Virus record (IMG/VR): IMGVR_UViG_3300007735_000800
Coordinates: 62,278-126,277 of that record
Reading direction: 5' to 3' (one strand)
Length of the DNA: 64,000 nt
DNA from: a virus
The notes under the pieces were generated by a model that saw nothing but the letters and a program-made list of their open reading frames with translations, was not told the origin of the DNA and ran no database searches. This document shows, piece by piece, positions 21,295 to 31,283 of the stretch (its first letter is position 1; each line of letters starts with the position of its first letter). Made by a program: the position numbers and the translations under genes.

Positions 21295-21855
21295 ATGTTC
21301 TTTATGCTCGTAGGGATTGACTATTCTATAACCAGCCCAGCCATCTGCCTTTTTGATGAAAAGCGGGAATTCTGCTTTCAAAATTGCTCATTCTATTTTT
21401 TGACCAATACTAAAAAATTTGCAACAAAAATTGCGCCAAATATTAATGGTGAAGGTTTTGAAGAATATGCCCACGATACAGAAAGATTTGACACAATTTC
21501 TGAGTGGGCAACAAATTTATGTGTTGGTGCTGCTGATGTTGCTATAGAAGGTTATTCATATGGATCTCATGGGAGAATTTTTAATTTAGCTGAAAATTGT
21601 GGTATACTCAAGTATAAGCTCCATAAGCTCGCCGTTCCAGTAACCGTCGTGGAGCCATCCAGAGTGAAGAAACTCGCCACAGGTAAAGGAAACGCTGATA
21701 AACAGGCAATGTACGAAGCCTTCCTAAAAGAGACAAAGACCGATTTGATTTCGGTCTTTGAGCAAAAATCTTTGACTAACCCAGTTACTGATATTATCGA
21801 CAGTTATTATATTCTTAAGTATCTGTTTCAGACAAGAAATAATCAGAATAGTTAA
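21295..21855 (+). CDS. RuvC-like Holliday junction resolvase
   Basis: VGIDYS, AIEGYSYGS, GKGNADK, DIIDS RNase H-fold acidic motifs. Confidence 0.75.
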   Translation: MFFMLVGIDYSITSPAICLFDEKREFCFQNCSFYFLTNTKKFATKIAPNINGEGFEEYAHDTERFDTISEWATNLCVGAADVAIEGYSYGSHGRIFNLAENCGILKYKLHKLAVPVTVVEPSRVKKLATGKGNADKQAMYEAFLKETKTDLISVFEQKSLTNPVTDIIDSYYILKYLFQTRNNQNS

Positions 21856-22111
21856 AAGTTTTAAATTCGTATAATGGTTTAAAATCGGGTGTTGGAGTTA
21901 ATACCACATTTACAGTTTTAATATCATCCAAAATTAAATAATTTCCCTCAAATCCAAAAGATTCAGCCAAGGGTATTATTGGTATATCTGAGGTTTGAAC
22001 TAGAAGATTTGAATCTGGACTTTCAAGTACGTGTCCAAGAATATTCCCTTCATGGAGAATATTATATACAGTGCAATTTTTCATTATAATCTTTTGAAGT
22101 TCGTAGCTCAT
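21815..22111 (-). CDS. hypothetical protein
   Basis: Intact ORF in a small minus-strand operon. Confidence 0.5.
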   Translation of the reverse strand: MSYELQKIIMKNCTVYNILHEGNILGHVLESPDSNLLVQTSDIPIIPLAESFGFEGNYLILDDIKTVNVVLTPTPDFKPLYEFKTFNYSDYFLSETDT

Positions 22112-22119
22112 AAAATTAT

Positions 22120-22422
22120 TTAGTGTCTTTCAAATCGACCTGCATTGAAAGTTCTGGATTGTTCTAATCTATCCTGCATGCTCTGAGGAGCTACCTTTTT
22201 TACTCTATTGATAACATCATTCCATGCATTGCCATATACCTTTAATGGGGTGAGTGTGGTATCGTAGGCAACGCTATTAGCCTGTTCCGACCAATCCTTC
22301 ACTACCTTTTTCTTTTTGCAACTTGGGCATGGTTCCCCTATGGGTTTACTGTTTTCCGCCATCTTCAAAAATAATTCAAATTTATGATCGCAAGCTTCGC
22401 ATTTAAATGAATAGTTAGGCAT
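22120..22422 (-). CDS. FmdB-family zinc-ribbon protein
   Basis: MPNYSFKCEACDHKFE...PCPSCKK. Confidence 0.8.
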   Translation of the reverse strand: MPNYSFKCEACDHKFELFLKMAENSKPIGEPCPSCKKKKVVKDWSEQANSVAYDTTLTPLKVYGNAWNDVINRVKKVAPQSMQDRLEQSRTFNAGRFERH

Positions 22423-22912
22423 TTTTGTCTTTCTTGAATGTTATTAGCATATCATCAAATAAGAATCCATAAGAAGGTTCTTTTGGTTTTGATTTTAGTT
22501 CCATTTTAGCTTCTTTTGGGGTTCTGTTTCCCTTAAACAAATTGCAATCTTTGCAGGCTGCTACCATGTTTGTCCATGTAGACCCACCACCTTTCGACCT
22601 GGGTATCATATGGTCAACTGTGGCGGTTTTATCGCAAAGATCAATACCACAATACTGACATGCATATTTATCACGTTTAAATATGTTTTTTCGTGAGGGA
22701 GCCACTTTTTTAAATGGCAATTTTACATAATACTTCAAAATCAATACTTTAGGTATTTTAATAATTTTTGATACGGATACAACTTCGTAATATTCCCCTA
22801 TGGAATCATCAGCCCACACTTTATCTTTTGTAAGTAATTTAAAAGCCTTTGAAATCGTAATGATATTCAGGGGTGTACTGTCTTGATTCAACAGGAGAAC
22901 CTGTTTCTTCAT
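22415..22912 (-). CDS. HNH endonuclease (McrA-like)
   Basis: VLLLNQD..PL, RDKYACQYCG, TVDHMIPRSKGGGSTWTNMVAACKDCN. Confidence 0.88.
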   Translation of the reverse strand: MKKQVLLLNQDSTPLNIITISKAFKLLTKDKVWADDSIGEYYEVVSVSKIIKIPKVLILKYYVKLPFKKVAPSRKNIFKRDKYACQYCGIDLCDKTATVDHMIPRSKGGGSTWTNMVAACKDCNLFKGNRTPKEAKMELKSKPKEPSYGFLFDDMLITFKKDKNA

Positions 22913-22922
22913 ACTTCTTAAG

Positions 22923-22943
22923 TATTTATGTAAATCTAAATAT
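22923..22943. promoter_or_regulatory. back-to-back late-type promoters (TAAATA on both strands)
   Basis: ...AGTATTTATGTAAATCTAAATATTT... between the divergent HNH and 22953 genes. Confidence 0.55.
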
Positions 22944-22952
22944 TTTACAGCC

Positions 22953-23639
22953 ATGGATAACAAGAATAATAGACAATTTTTTTGGGAAGTCAAGCAATTT
23001 TTTAATAAACCTCAGTTGAACGAGTCTGCTACTCCAAAACCGGATTTACTCAATACAGTAAAAAGTATAATGAGTTCCGACAGAGGGATAGACGGTGGAA
23101 CTGAATTTAAAGTGCGAGAAGGAATTATAAATTCTGGAAGAGATTTGAAACAAAAAACTGCTGATCTTTTAGACAGCTACAGTCATAAAAAATATACACA
23201 GACACCTTTGTCTTCAGGAAAAGGTCAAAACAGAACCGGTAATTTGTTTAACATAAATGAACAAAATATAGATGTAAAAAAACCAAAAGTAACTACTGAA
23301 AAAATTCTTGGGTTGGCTGCACAAAAACAAGATAATGAAGCCATGAATTATAGTTTCAATGCAACAGCTCCCGGAATGCAAAAGGTAAATTTTCCACAAA
23401 ATCAAAAATATGCTGTTCAAGGAACAAATAGAAAAAGTGGAATAAAGTCTGATGTTTATTCTATGGCCAAGGAAAGATTAGCTCTTCAAAAAATGTATAG
23501 CAAAATTGCAACTCCTAGACAAATAAAAACAACAGGTAACGAAGGAAATGTTGGAGTCAATGTAACTTCCAAGTTGAGCAGTCAAGCTCCAGTAAATAAA
23601 ACTGATCCGAGCCAATTAAACGCACAAGAACTATTATAA
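22953..23639 (+). CDS. late hypothetical protein (probable head internal protein)
   Basis: Follows a late promoter; L-x-E motif (QLNE) near the N-terminus. Confidence 0.55.
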   Translation: MDNKNNRQFFWEVKQFFNKPQLNESATPKPDLLNTVKSIMSSDRGIDGGTEFKVREGIINSGRDLKQKTADLLDSYSHKKYTQTPLSSGKGQNRTGNLFNINEQNIDVKKPKVTTEKILGLAAQKQDNEAMNYSFNATAPGMQKVNFPQNQKYAVQGTNRKSGIKSDVYSMAKERLALQKMYSKIATPRQIKTTGNEGNVGVNVTSKLSSQAPVNKTDPSQLNAQELL

Positions 23640-24640
23640 TGATTCCTCCAGTATTACATAAAATACTACATGAAAAATATGTTCAAACGAAGTTTGGTAC
23701 ACTTCGTGATGAAGATGACCAATTAAAAGGTTGGCAAAGAGGTGAATATGGATCATTTGTATATCCAGGGCAATTAAGTAGAGGTGGGGATTTTGGGCAG
23801 TTTCCTCCAGAATCTGGCTTACCACCAACAGAACCGCCCCAAACACCTCCTGGAGGAGGACCGGAGGGACCACGAGGTGGAAAACCAAAACAACCTTCAG
23901 GAGATCGCCCTCCAAGTAGAGCTTCTGAAATGGGAAGAAGATTTAGAGGAGCTCCAGAAAAACCTTCTTATGGTGGTATCCCATCAAGAGAAGGTGTGAG
24001 ATTATCACCATACTTCTTTGATGATATGGGGGGAGAAAACGTAAAATATTTTCAAGATTTGGTAAATAAATATAATCCACCCCCACCACCACAACCACCA
24101 AAATCAAAATTTTCTATTTCTCCTGAAGTAACAGGACTAGGAAAATTTGCAACTTCCATGGCAGCAGGAAGTGCAGCAGGGTATTATCCTGCAAAATGGA
24201 CACAAGAATTAACACAACCTTATCTGGGTGATATAGGCTCTTATTATGCAGGAACAGTGGCTGGAACTGCGGCTGGAATTCCAGCAGCAGAGATTGCGGT
24301 TACTGGAATCCCAGCGCTAATGGCAGGTGAAGGTATTGGTGGGGCAGCTTCATTGACAGCAGCTGCAGCCGGAAGCCAATTATTAAATCCTCTTACTTGG
24401 GTAACTGCCTTAGGTTTGGCAACCATTTATCCAGCAGAAATTATAAAAGCAGAACAGCAGGCTAAAGTGTTGGAAAGAATAGAAAAAGAAGAAAGACTTA
24501 GAGAAAATAAAAGAAAAACCAATGAAATATTGGGAATTAAAGAAGAAGATGATAATTGGTGGGAAGAATTTAAATATGATTTTAAAAGAGCAATGGCAGT
24601 TGGTGGGGCAGATGCAATAATGTCAGGAGGAAGAATGTAA
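23639..24640 (+). CDS. Pro/Gly-rich protein with hydrophobic Ala/Gly segment (probable internal/ejected protein)
   Basis: KILHE leader; amphipathic and hydrophobic C-terminal half. Confidence 0.55.
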   Translation: MIPPVLHKILHEKYVQTKFGTLRDEDDQLKGWQRGEYGSFVYPGQLSRGGDFGQFPPESGLPPTEPPQTPPGGGPEGPRGGKPKQPSGDRPPSRASEMGRRFRGAPEKPSYGGIPSREGVRLSPYFFDDMGGENVKYFQDLVNKYNPPPPPQPPKSKFSISPEVTGLGKFATSMAAGSAAGYYPAKWTQELTQPYLGDIGSYYAGTVAGTAAGIPAAEIAVTGIPALMAGEGIGGAASLTAAAAGSQLLNPLTWVTALGLATIYPAEIIKAEQQAKVLERIEKEERLRENKRKTNEILGIKEEDDNWWEEFKYDFKRAMAVGGADAIMSGGRM

Positions 24641-25557
24641 TGAAAAAATTAAAACCAGTTCTACAAAATATATTATTTAAAAGATATGTAAATTCATTGT
24701 TAAATGAACAATCTATTGCACCTCCACCAATCAGACTTCCATCGGCTGGATATGCACCATGGAAATTACCTACCCCGAATGCAATTAGACCTACTTTTGA
24801 ATTACCAGTTACGCCAACAGAAGTTTCTCCTGGCACAACTACAATTTTTGCAAATCCCAATGTGCCTCCAGGCTCAGGCGCAGAACAAACTAAGAAAAAG
24901 TTAAGCTTTGATGATGCTCAAACCGTAATAAAAAATGAAATAGAATCAGGATTGTCAAAAACAAAAAATCAAAAAGAACTAGTAGATTATGTTTTTGATA
25001 AACAAACAGAACTTTTATCAGATTCTGAATATGGAGATCAATTGTCAATCTATGCCGGAAATGAAATAAAAAATAGATTGGGATTGGCTAAAACAGAAAC
25101 ACTACCAACACCGATTGAACCAAAACCTTTTAAATTTCCAACACAAAATCCGAAAGAAGTAATAAAACCGTCACCATTAACTACGACCCCTTCCACCGCC
25201 CCTGTTGAAGAACCAGAATTTAATTATTCTCCAAAAGAAAAATCTGTGACACCCACTCTGAGTGCATTGTTTCCTTCCATGGTTCCCATTAGGTATTCTA
25301 AATTAAGAGCCTCACCAGATGAAGAATTGGAACTTCAAACAAAGTCTGAGTTTAAAGGACCAGAAAAATTTAAAACAGCAGTTGGTAGTGACGAATTAGA
25401 AATACGTCGAAAAGATGGAATGGGAACATTTCCCGGTATGGAACCATCTGAACAAGATGAAATAGAGCCATACGAAGGTTCTATGTATGATGTTGATGCA
25501 GATTTGTTATTAAAGAACATTTTAGGAAAATATTCTGGAACTTATAGAATTGAGTGA
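24640..25557 (+). CDS. Pro/Glu-rich late protein
   Basis: SLLNE leader motif; coupled to the upstream gene. Confidence 0.55.
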   Translation: MKKLKPVLQNILFKRYVNSLLNEQSIAPPPIRLPSAGYAPWKLPTPNAIRPTFELPVTPTEVSPGTTTIFANPNVPPGSGAEQTKKKLSFDDAQTVIKNEIESGLSKTKNQKELVDYVFDKQTELLSDSEYGDQLSIYAGNEIKNRLGLAKTETLPTPIEPKPFKFPTQNPKEVIKPSPLTTTPSTAPVEEPEFNYSPKEKSVTPTLSALFPSMVPIRYSKLRASPDEELELQTKSEFKGPEKFKTAVGSDELEIRRKDGMGTFPGMEPSEQDEIEPYEGSMYDVDADLLLKNILGKYSGTYRIE

Positions 25558-25565
25558 TATAATAA

Positions 25566-26234
25566 ATGGAAGTGTGTGAATTTAAAAAATTTAATCATCT
25601 TGTAAATCCAATAAAATGTGAATTAAAGGAAGTTACAAAAAACGGAAAACGTTTTTATGCAACTCCGGTTGGAGAATTCCCAAGCGTAACTACAGTTGTT
25701 GGTTTTAAGAAACAGCAATTTTTTGCTGAATGGAGACAAAAAAATCCAGAAGAAAGCAAAAGAGTAACGACTAGAGGAACAAAATTTCATAAAATAATAG
25801 AACAGTATTTGAATAATGAAGTCTTGGATCTAGATTCTATAGGATCTGGAAACAAGGCTTTGTTCCTTTTATTGAAACCAGAGCTCGACAAGATAGATAA
25901 CATCATAGCACTTGAAACTCCCCTGTGGTCAAAAACAATAGGTCTTGCGGGTAGAACAGACTGTATAGCAGAATATGATGGCAAGCTTTCAATAATAGAT
26001 TTTAAAGCCAGCACAAAAGAAAAAAGAAAAAGCGATATTGAAAATTATTTTCTCCAGGCATGTGCATATGCTTTGATGTATCAAGAACAAACTGGGCAGA
26101 TAATAGACAATTTTTCCATCTTAATAGCATGTGAAGATGGTTTACGCCAAGTATTTGAAGACAAACCAATAAAATACGTAAGAGAACTAAAAAATATAAT
26201 AACAGAATATAAGGAACGGTATGGAAATTCGTGA
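25566..26234 (+). CDS. PD-(D/E)XK exonuclease
   Basis: PSVTTVV, RGTKFH, LETPL, AGRTDCI, IIDFKAS. Confidence 0.85.
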   Translation: MEVCEFKKFNHLVNPIKCELKEVTKNGKRFYATPVGEFPSVTTVVGFKKQQFFAEWRQKNPEESKRVTTRGTKFHKIIEQYLNNEVLDLDSIGSGNKALFLLLKPELDKIDNIIALETPLWSKTIGLAGRTDCIAEYDGKLSIIDFKASTKEKRKSDIENYFLQACAYALMYQEQTGQIIDNFSILIACEDGLRQVFEDKPIKYVRELKNIITEYKERYGNS

Positions 26235-26799
26235 ATTAAAAAATATGGAAGATTTTGTTAATAGAAGAGGTTCCAAGTATTGGATTATGATGAATGACAG
26301 CTCAAAGGCCAAACTACACAGAGAAGCTCATATTAAAAAATATGGTGGATTTTTTGAAAAACAGGATAGATTTTTTATTTGGAGATCGCCAGTAGAAGAA
26401 AAAAATGGTTATTGGCTGAAAAATATTCATACTAACGAAAAAACTTTCTTCAGCAATATGAAAGAATTTGGGGAAAAGAATGGCCTTACTGCTGTAAAAA
26501 TATGTGAACTTTTAAATGGAAAAAGAAAAACATATAAAGGATGGACTGCGGTAGAGATAAGAGAAGTCAAGGATGGAGTTGGTTCCAATATAAAAGCCAA
26601 AAATGAACCAAAAAAGAAAATAAAGGTTTTTGAAGGTGCAACTTTCCAAAATATGGAAACAAAGCAAGTGTTCTTTGTTGATAATATAAGTGAGTACGCA
26701 AAAGCAAATAATATCAATGGCGGAAATTTATATAAAGTCGCCAGGGGTAAGATGAAAAGCTACAAAGGTTTGAAACTTTATAACCCACTAGAACCTTAA
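26221..26799 (+). CDS. protein with two NUMOD1-like DNA-binding repeats
   Basis: F.N(M/I)..F...NGL....(I/L)..(L/V)..GK.K(T/S)YKG(W/L) occurs twice. Confidence 0.6.
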   Translation: MEIRELKNMEDFVNRRGSKYWIMMNDSSKAKLHREAHIKKYGGFFEKQDRFFIWRSPVEEKNGYWLKNIHTNEKTFFSNMKEFGEKNGLTAVKICELLNGKRKTYKGWTAVEIREVKDGVGSNIKAKNEPKKKIKVFEGATFQNMETKQVFFVDNISEYAKANNINGGNLYKVARGKMKSYKGLKLYNPLEP

Positions 26800-26819
26800 A
26801 ATTATGATAAATAATTTAG

Positions 26820-29180
26820 ATGAACTTCAAAGATTTATTAAAATTAACAGAAGAAAGCCGCACCAAGGCAGATTCTTTCCGTACAACTGGTGAAGCAACT
26901 CAAAAAGAGCGAGCAAAGTCTAGCGCTCCAGATGCAAAAGCCAAAGATGCCGCAAGAAAGCGTGTAGAAAGATCTAAAAAACTTCCAAGGGATAGAATGC
27001 CAAAGGAGCAACTCATCCGAGAAGTTATCGCAGTAAGAACAGCCTCTGGTAGAGTACAATTAATCTTTAAAGATTCTTTCAATAAAAATGTACATACTAA
27101 AATAAATCGTGGCGACACTCTTACCATGGAGGAAGCCAGATCTTTCACCCAGGAGGATGGGTTTGAACAAACAGGTGCTTCAAAACTTTTGTTTGGAGAT
27201 GTCAAAACAAAAGAACCAACGGATAAAAGAGTAGCAAAAAAGGGGGAAGAGGGAGAAGAAAAGGAAGCTGAAGCCGAGGCAGAGCCTGAGCCCCTTGAAA
27301 AACCAGAGAAAAGAGCAAAAAGACTGTCTCCAGAAGAAATATTTGATTTGATGAGCCAAATGGGTCCAGAACAATTGGCTCAAATGCCATTTGAGGTCAG
27401 ACAGCAATATTTTAAACAAGTAAGAAATCCACCTTCAAATGTTGATTTTGATAACGCATCATTTGAAACTTTAAGCACAAAATTTGGTATCAATCCAATA
27501 TCATCGGTTCCATACAATCAACAAGTTTTAAATGCATTGGTATTCTTGGCTAAGATAAAATCTGGTGCCAGCGAACAGGAGCTGGGTACATATACAGCAT
27601 TAGCCCCAAGTGCACTGGAGTTTACAAAAAATGCATTCCTGCAGGCAAAGAAAATATTGTCACAAATAGGTGAACAATGCATTCAAAACTTAATATCAAC
27701 AATTGAAAATGGAAGCAAGAGCACCTTCAGTGAGGGTGGCGTTGATATGGAATGTGGAAATTATAAATTTAAAATGTCCGTTGGTGGTGAAGTCTCTTTG
27801 ACCACAGATAAGTTTAATCAAGAAGGAAAAGGAATAAGAGGAATTATTGCCACCGCTATAAATCAAACTCTAAACAATCCTGAAACCATGAATGACCCAA
27901 AAGTGAAGGAATTTATATCAACTTCAGGACAAGTTGGATCAAAATTTGGCCAAAAATTAATAAATCAACAAACATTTTCATCTTTAAAGAATTCACCAGA
28001 TGTTATAGAACAATTGAAGCAAACAATGGTCTTTGGAGAAAATGGACAAGCATTGGGACCTTATGTTGATTCAAAAGGAAATCTTAATAAATTTGCATCT
28101 TTTGAGAATTATGAAAAAGAAATAACCAAAGATGCTTCATCTTTGTTTAAATCCTCTAAAGATAAACCAAATGGTTTTGCATCAAATTTTGTAAAAACTG
28201 TTTTGAAAATGTTTTACAGGGGTGATGGAATAAAACAACCAGAATTTGCGCCAACACACATGATAACACAAAATGGGGTATTTCCCATGACGGATGCCTA
28301 TTTTGATGAAATATCAAAAACTGCAGTTTTAACAATGAACAATGTTAAGCCACTGATCAGTGCTGCAAACATAGAATCGGGAAAGAAAAAACCATCTGAA
28401 AGATTGGCTCAATTTGCAACCGTAGTCGAAGAAACACAAAAGCAAAAAGAACCAGATATTTTTATTGATAGATCAAATATAAATCCATTGCAATTAGCAA
28501 TGGCTTCTATATCACAAAGCATGGAATTTGATATCAATGCCAGTCTTTTACCTGGATTCTCTCCAAAAGACCTTAATGCTATACAATATAATATAGTAAG
28601 AATCGGTAAAAAGACTGTAAGAATCCCAGTTGAGAGAAATGACACAGTTACAAATGAGATAATGGCAGAGAGTCATATACTGGTAAATGATATTTTAGTT
28701 GAATCTTTGACAAATAATTTTGTTTTGAATACATTGCTAGCATCAAGATTGATGACTAAAGATGAAGCAATATCAATTACTTCTGAAAACTTTTTGCTGG
28801 AAAGTGCAAATCCGATAAGATCAATATATGAAAGAGTATTGACCAGAGTTAACAAAAATCCAGAGATGTTGATTGCAGTATTGAACAAATACAATTCTTA
28901 TCTCTATGAAAAATATGTCCGTGATTACAAAATGGAATACCGAAATTATCATGGAAAAGCAAAACAGAGAAAAGAAAGAGCAAAAAGAACAGCAGCTAGA
29001 GAAAATCTCATTAAAAAGGGAAGAGTAAAAAAGGGAGATGGTAAAGATATTGACCATAAAAAACCACTAAGAAGTGGTGGTTCAAATGGTATAAATAATT
29101 TACGAATCAGAAATAAATCTGAAAATAGAGCTGATAACGGCCACAAAAAAGGTGAAAAACAAAACAAGGATTGGAAATGA
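26820..29180 (+). CDS. large late protein with C-terminal HNH-like domain
   Basis: MNFKDLLKLTEE leader; KGDGKDIDHKKPLRSGGSN..NNLR..NRADNG at the C-terminus. Confidence 0.6.
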   Translation: MNFKDLLKLTEESRTKADSFRTTGEATQKERAKSSAPDAKAKDAARKRVERSKKLPRDRMPKEQLIREVIAVRTASGRVQLIFKDSFNKNVHTKINRGDTLTMEEARSFTQEDGFEQTGASKLLFGDVKTKEPTDKRVAKKGEEGEEKEAEAEAEPEPLEKPEKRAKRLSPEEIFDLMSQMGPEQLAQMPFEVRQQYFKQVRNPPSNVDFDNASFETLSTKFGINPISSVPYNQQVLNALVFLAKIKSGASEQELGTYTALAPSALEFTKNAFLQAKKILSQIGEQCIQNLISTIENGSKSTFSEGGVDMECGNYKFKMSVGGEVSLTTDKFNQEGKGIRGIIATAINQTLNNPETMNDPKVKEFISTSGQVGSKFGQKLINQQTFSSLKNSPDVIEQLKQTMVFGENGQALGPYVDSKGNLNKFASFENYEKEITKDASSLFKSSKDKPNGFASNFVKTVLKMFYRGDGIKQPEFAPTHMITQNGVFPMTDAYFDEISKTAVLTMNNVKPLISAANIESGKKKPSERLAQFATVVEETQKQKEPDIFIDRSNINPLQLAMASISQSMEFDINASLLPGFSPKDLNAIQYNIVRIGKKTVRIPVERNDTVTNEIMAESHILVNDILVESLTNNFVLNTLLASRLMTKDEAISITSENFLLESANPIRSIYERVLTRVNKNPEMLIAVLNKYNSYLYEKYVRDYKMEYRNYHGKAKQRKERAKRTAARENLIKKGRVKKGDGKDIDHKKPLRSGGSNGINNLRIRNKSENRADNGHKKGEKQNKDWK

Positions 29181-30328
29181 AAGTCAAGAAACTTCTTGAA
29201 AAAGTTTATGCTAACTCTGGTTTAGGAAAATGGTTCAATAAAGAATCTGGTGGTGGTGGTCCGGGATGGGATCGCTATAACACAAAAGGAGATAGAGTGG
29301 GCAAATGCGGAGATAGCGATGAGGGTGAACCATATGCAGCTTGCTTAAGCAAGCAAAAAGCAAAGAAGTTGGGAAAAGGTGGCGTTGGTTCTTTTGTAAG
29401 AAGAAAAAGAGCTGCCCAAAAGAAGGCTGGCAAGGGAACTAAAGGTTCAGTGAAAGGTAAAGGGAAAAAACCTGTATTTGTAAAAACTGGAGTCACCGAA
29501 GTCAAAGAATCATATGATATATTTTTAGTTGAGGGCGCATCTTCTGTTTTCACTATGCAATTTTCACCTATAGAAGCGTGGGAATTGCTGCCATGTGATT
29601 TGATAATAAATGAATCGGGTGAAATTTTTGATGTGGATTATATTGAAGAAAAGGATGGAATCTTAATTGTTGAGATGACCGACGAAATTGGAAATGAAAT
29701 AACGGAATATTTTAATAAAAACACTGTAATGGGATTTTTGGATAATTTGGAAGAAACTTCAAGTAATGAGTTTGGAGATAAGATTGAAGTTTATGAGAGT
29801 GAAGGTAAAAAAGTTAAATTAAACAAAATAATGCGTGGAGATGTTAAAAAATATAAAGTTTTTGTTAAAAATGATAAAGGCAATGTTGTAAAAGTTAATT
29901 TTGGTGATCCAAACATGGAAATCAAACGTGACGACCCAAACAGACGTAAAAACTTCCGTGCAAGACACAATTGCGACAACCCGGGCCCACGATGGAAGGC
30001 AAGATATTGGGCATGCAAAACATGGAGCAGCAAACCAGTTACAGCAATGTTAAAAGAAGAAGACCTCATACTTGAAGCAAAGAAGAATAAGCCCAAAGAT
30101 CCCGCTAAATGGTCTTCCTGCATCTCACAGGCCAAGAAAAAGTTTGATGTGTATCCATCCGCATATGCAAATGCATGGGCTGCAAAGTGCTATAAAGGCA
30201 AAGGAGGAGGCTGGAAGAAGGTCTCCGAAGATGTTGCCCACAAAATGTTAAAAACACTGGAAAATAAAGAATACAATCCGAATTTATTTGGTTTGATGGA
30301 ACAAAGAACTTTTAACAGAGATAAATAA
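29171..30328 (+). CDS. modular basic late protein typical of T4-like phages
   Basis: GLGKWF..GWDRY, RRKNFRARHNCD..KARYWAC, YPSAYANAWAAKCYK modules separated by L-x-E. Confidence 0.6.
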   Translation: MEMKVKKLLEKVYANSGLGKWFNKESGGGGPGWDRYNTKGDRVGKCGDSDEGEPYAACLSKQKAKKLGKGGVGSFVRRKRAAQKKAGKGTKGSVKGKGKKPVFVKTGVTEVKESYDIFLVEGASSVFTMQFSPIEAWELLPCDLIINESGEIFDVDYIEEKDGILIVEMTDEIGNEITEYFNKNTVMGFLDNLEETSSNEFGDKIEVYESEGKKVKLNKIMRGDVKKYKVFVKNDKGNVVKVNFGDPNMEIKRDDPNRRKNFRARHNCDNPGPRWKARYWACKTWSSKPVTAMLKEEDLILEAKKNKPKDPAKWSSCISQAKKKFDVYPSAYANAWAAKCYKGKGGGWKKVSEDVAHKMLKTLENKEYNPNLFGLMEQRTFNRDK

Positions 30329-30337
30329 AATAGAACC

Positions 30338-30871
30338 ATGAAATTTAAACAATTATTACAAATAACAGGACCCATCTATGAAAATTCTGGTGAACAAACC
30401 TTTGGTGGTGGTTTGTTCATCGGTGATCCACAAGCACCAAATAAATCAAGTGCATTGACAGATAAAGGAACTTTCAACATAAAACTTCCTCGTTCTTTAG
30501 ATGCAATTAATGCTTTGTTGTACGGTCTTGGACAAAAAGAATACATTGATCCGGATTCAGTTCTTAATGTTGTAAAACAAAAATTAAATCATTTTGGATT
30601 TGATTTTCAATATATGAATTCCCTTCCAGATGGCGAGACTTTGATCAAGCTATTCCAATATGGAAGTCCATATATCGGTGTTTATGGAATGACTCCTCAC
30701 CAAGACGTAAATGAAACAGGATTCTCTTCTGATGGTATCAAGGAAAAACTTGGTCACGGCTTAAACTTAAGAGTAAATATAGTAAAACAGCCAAACATGT
30801 TACGCAAGGTCGAACTTATGATCGTCCCTGCAATGGATAGTGAGAATTCTGATTGTGGCTGCATGCACTGA
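30338..30871 (+). CDS. hypothetical late protein
   Basis: TAAATA upstream; MKFKQLL leader. Confidence 0.55.
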   Translation: MKFKQLLQITGPIYENSGEQTFGGGLFIGDPQAPNKSSALTDKGTFNIKLPRSLDAINALLYGLGQKEYIDPDSVLNVVKQKLNHFGFDFQYMNSLPDGETLIKLFQYGSPYIGVYGMTPHQDVNETGFSSDGIKEKLGHGLNLRVNIVKQPNMLRKVELMIVPAMDSENSDCGCMH

Positions 30872-30878
30872 TTTAAAA

Positions 30879-31274
30879 ATGCAAAACAATATTTTGTTGA
30901 CAGAGGAAAATTTTATGCTCTTCTGCCAACAAAATTATTTTAATCCACATTGCAGTGGAAAAAATGAATTTATTGATGATTTAAAACGCATCAAATATAT
31001 CAAGCGATTAATACAAAAAATTCATAAACAAAAGACTTTAAAATCAATTCGGGAAAGATTGATAATAAATCACATAGTTATTTTAAAAAATGTATTTGGT
31101 GAGGAAAATTGTGCTAGGATATTATTTTTTAGACTAGAACCTAGATTGCATTCTTATTTAAAATCTTTCATGGTATTTTTGGAATTCAATGTCAAGAATA
31201 TACCAGAAGTTCAGTATAAACTAATAAATACTGATCCTAGAGTAGACAGAAAATTAATAGGTGTAGAATCCTAA
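30879..31274 (+). CDS. conserved T4-like hypothetical protein
   Basis: ENF....NY.NP.C....EF.DDLKRIKYIKRL...RERLIINH..L.NVFG pattern. Confidence 0.65.
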   Translation: MQNNILLTEENFMLFCQQNYFNPHCSGKNEFIDDLKRIKYIKRLIQKIHKQKTLKSIRERLIINHIVILKNVFGEENCARILFFRLEPRLHSYLKSFMVFLEFNVKNIPEVQYKLINTDPRVDRKLIGVES

Positions 31275-31283
31275 ATAATTTTA

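Noticed and set aside
21103-21381. 92-aa minus-strand ORF
   Set aside because: Runs antisense through tRNA-Asn, its terminator and the hairpin; probably spurious
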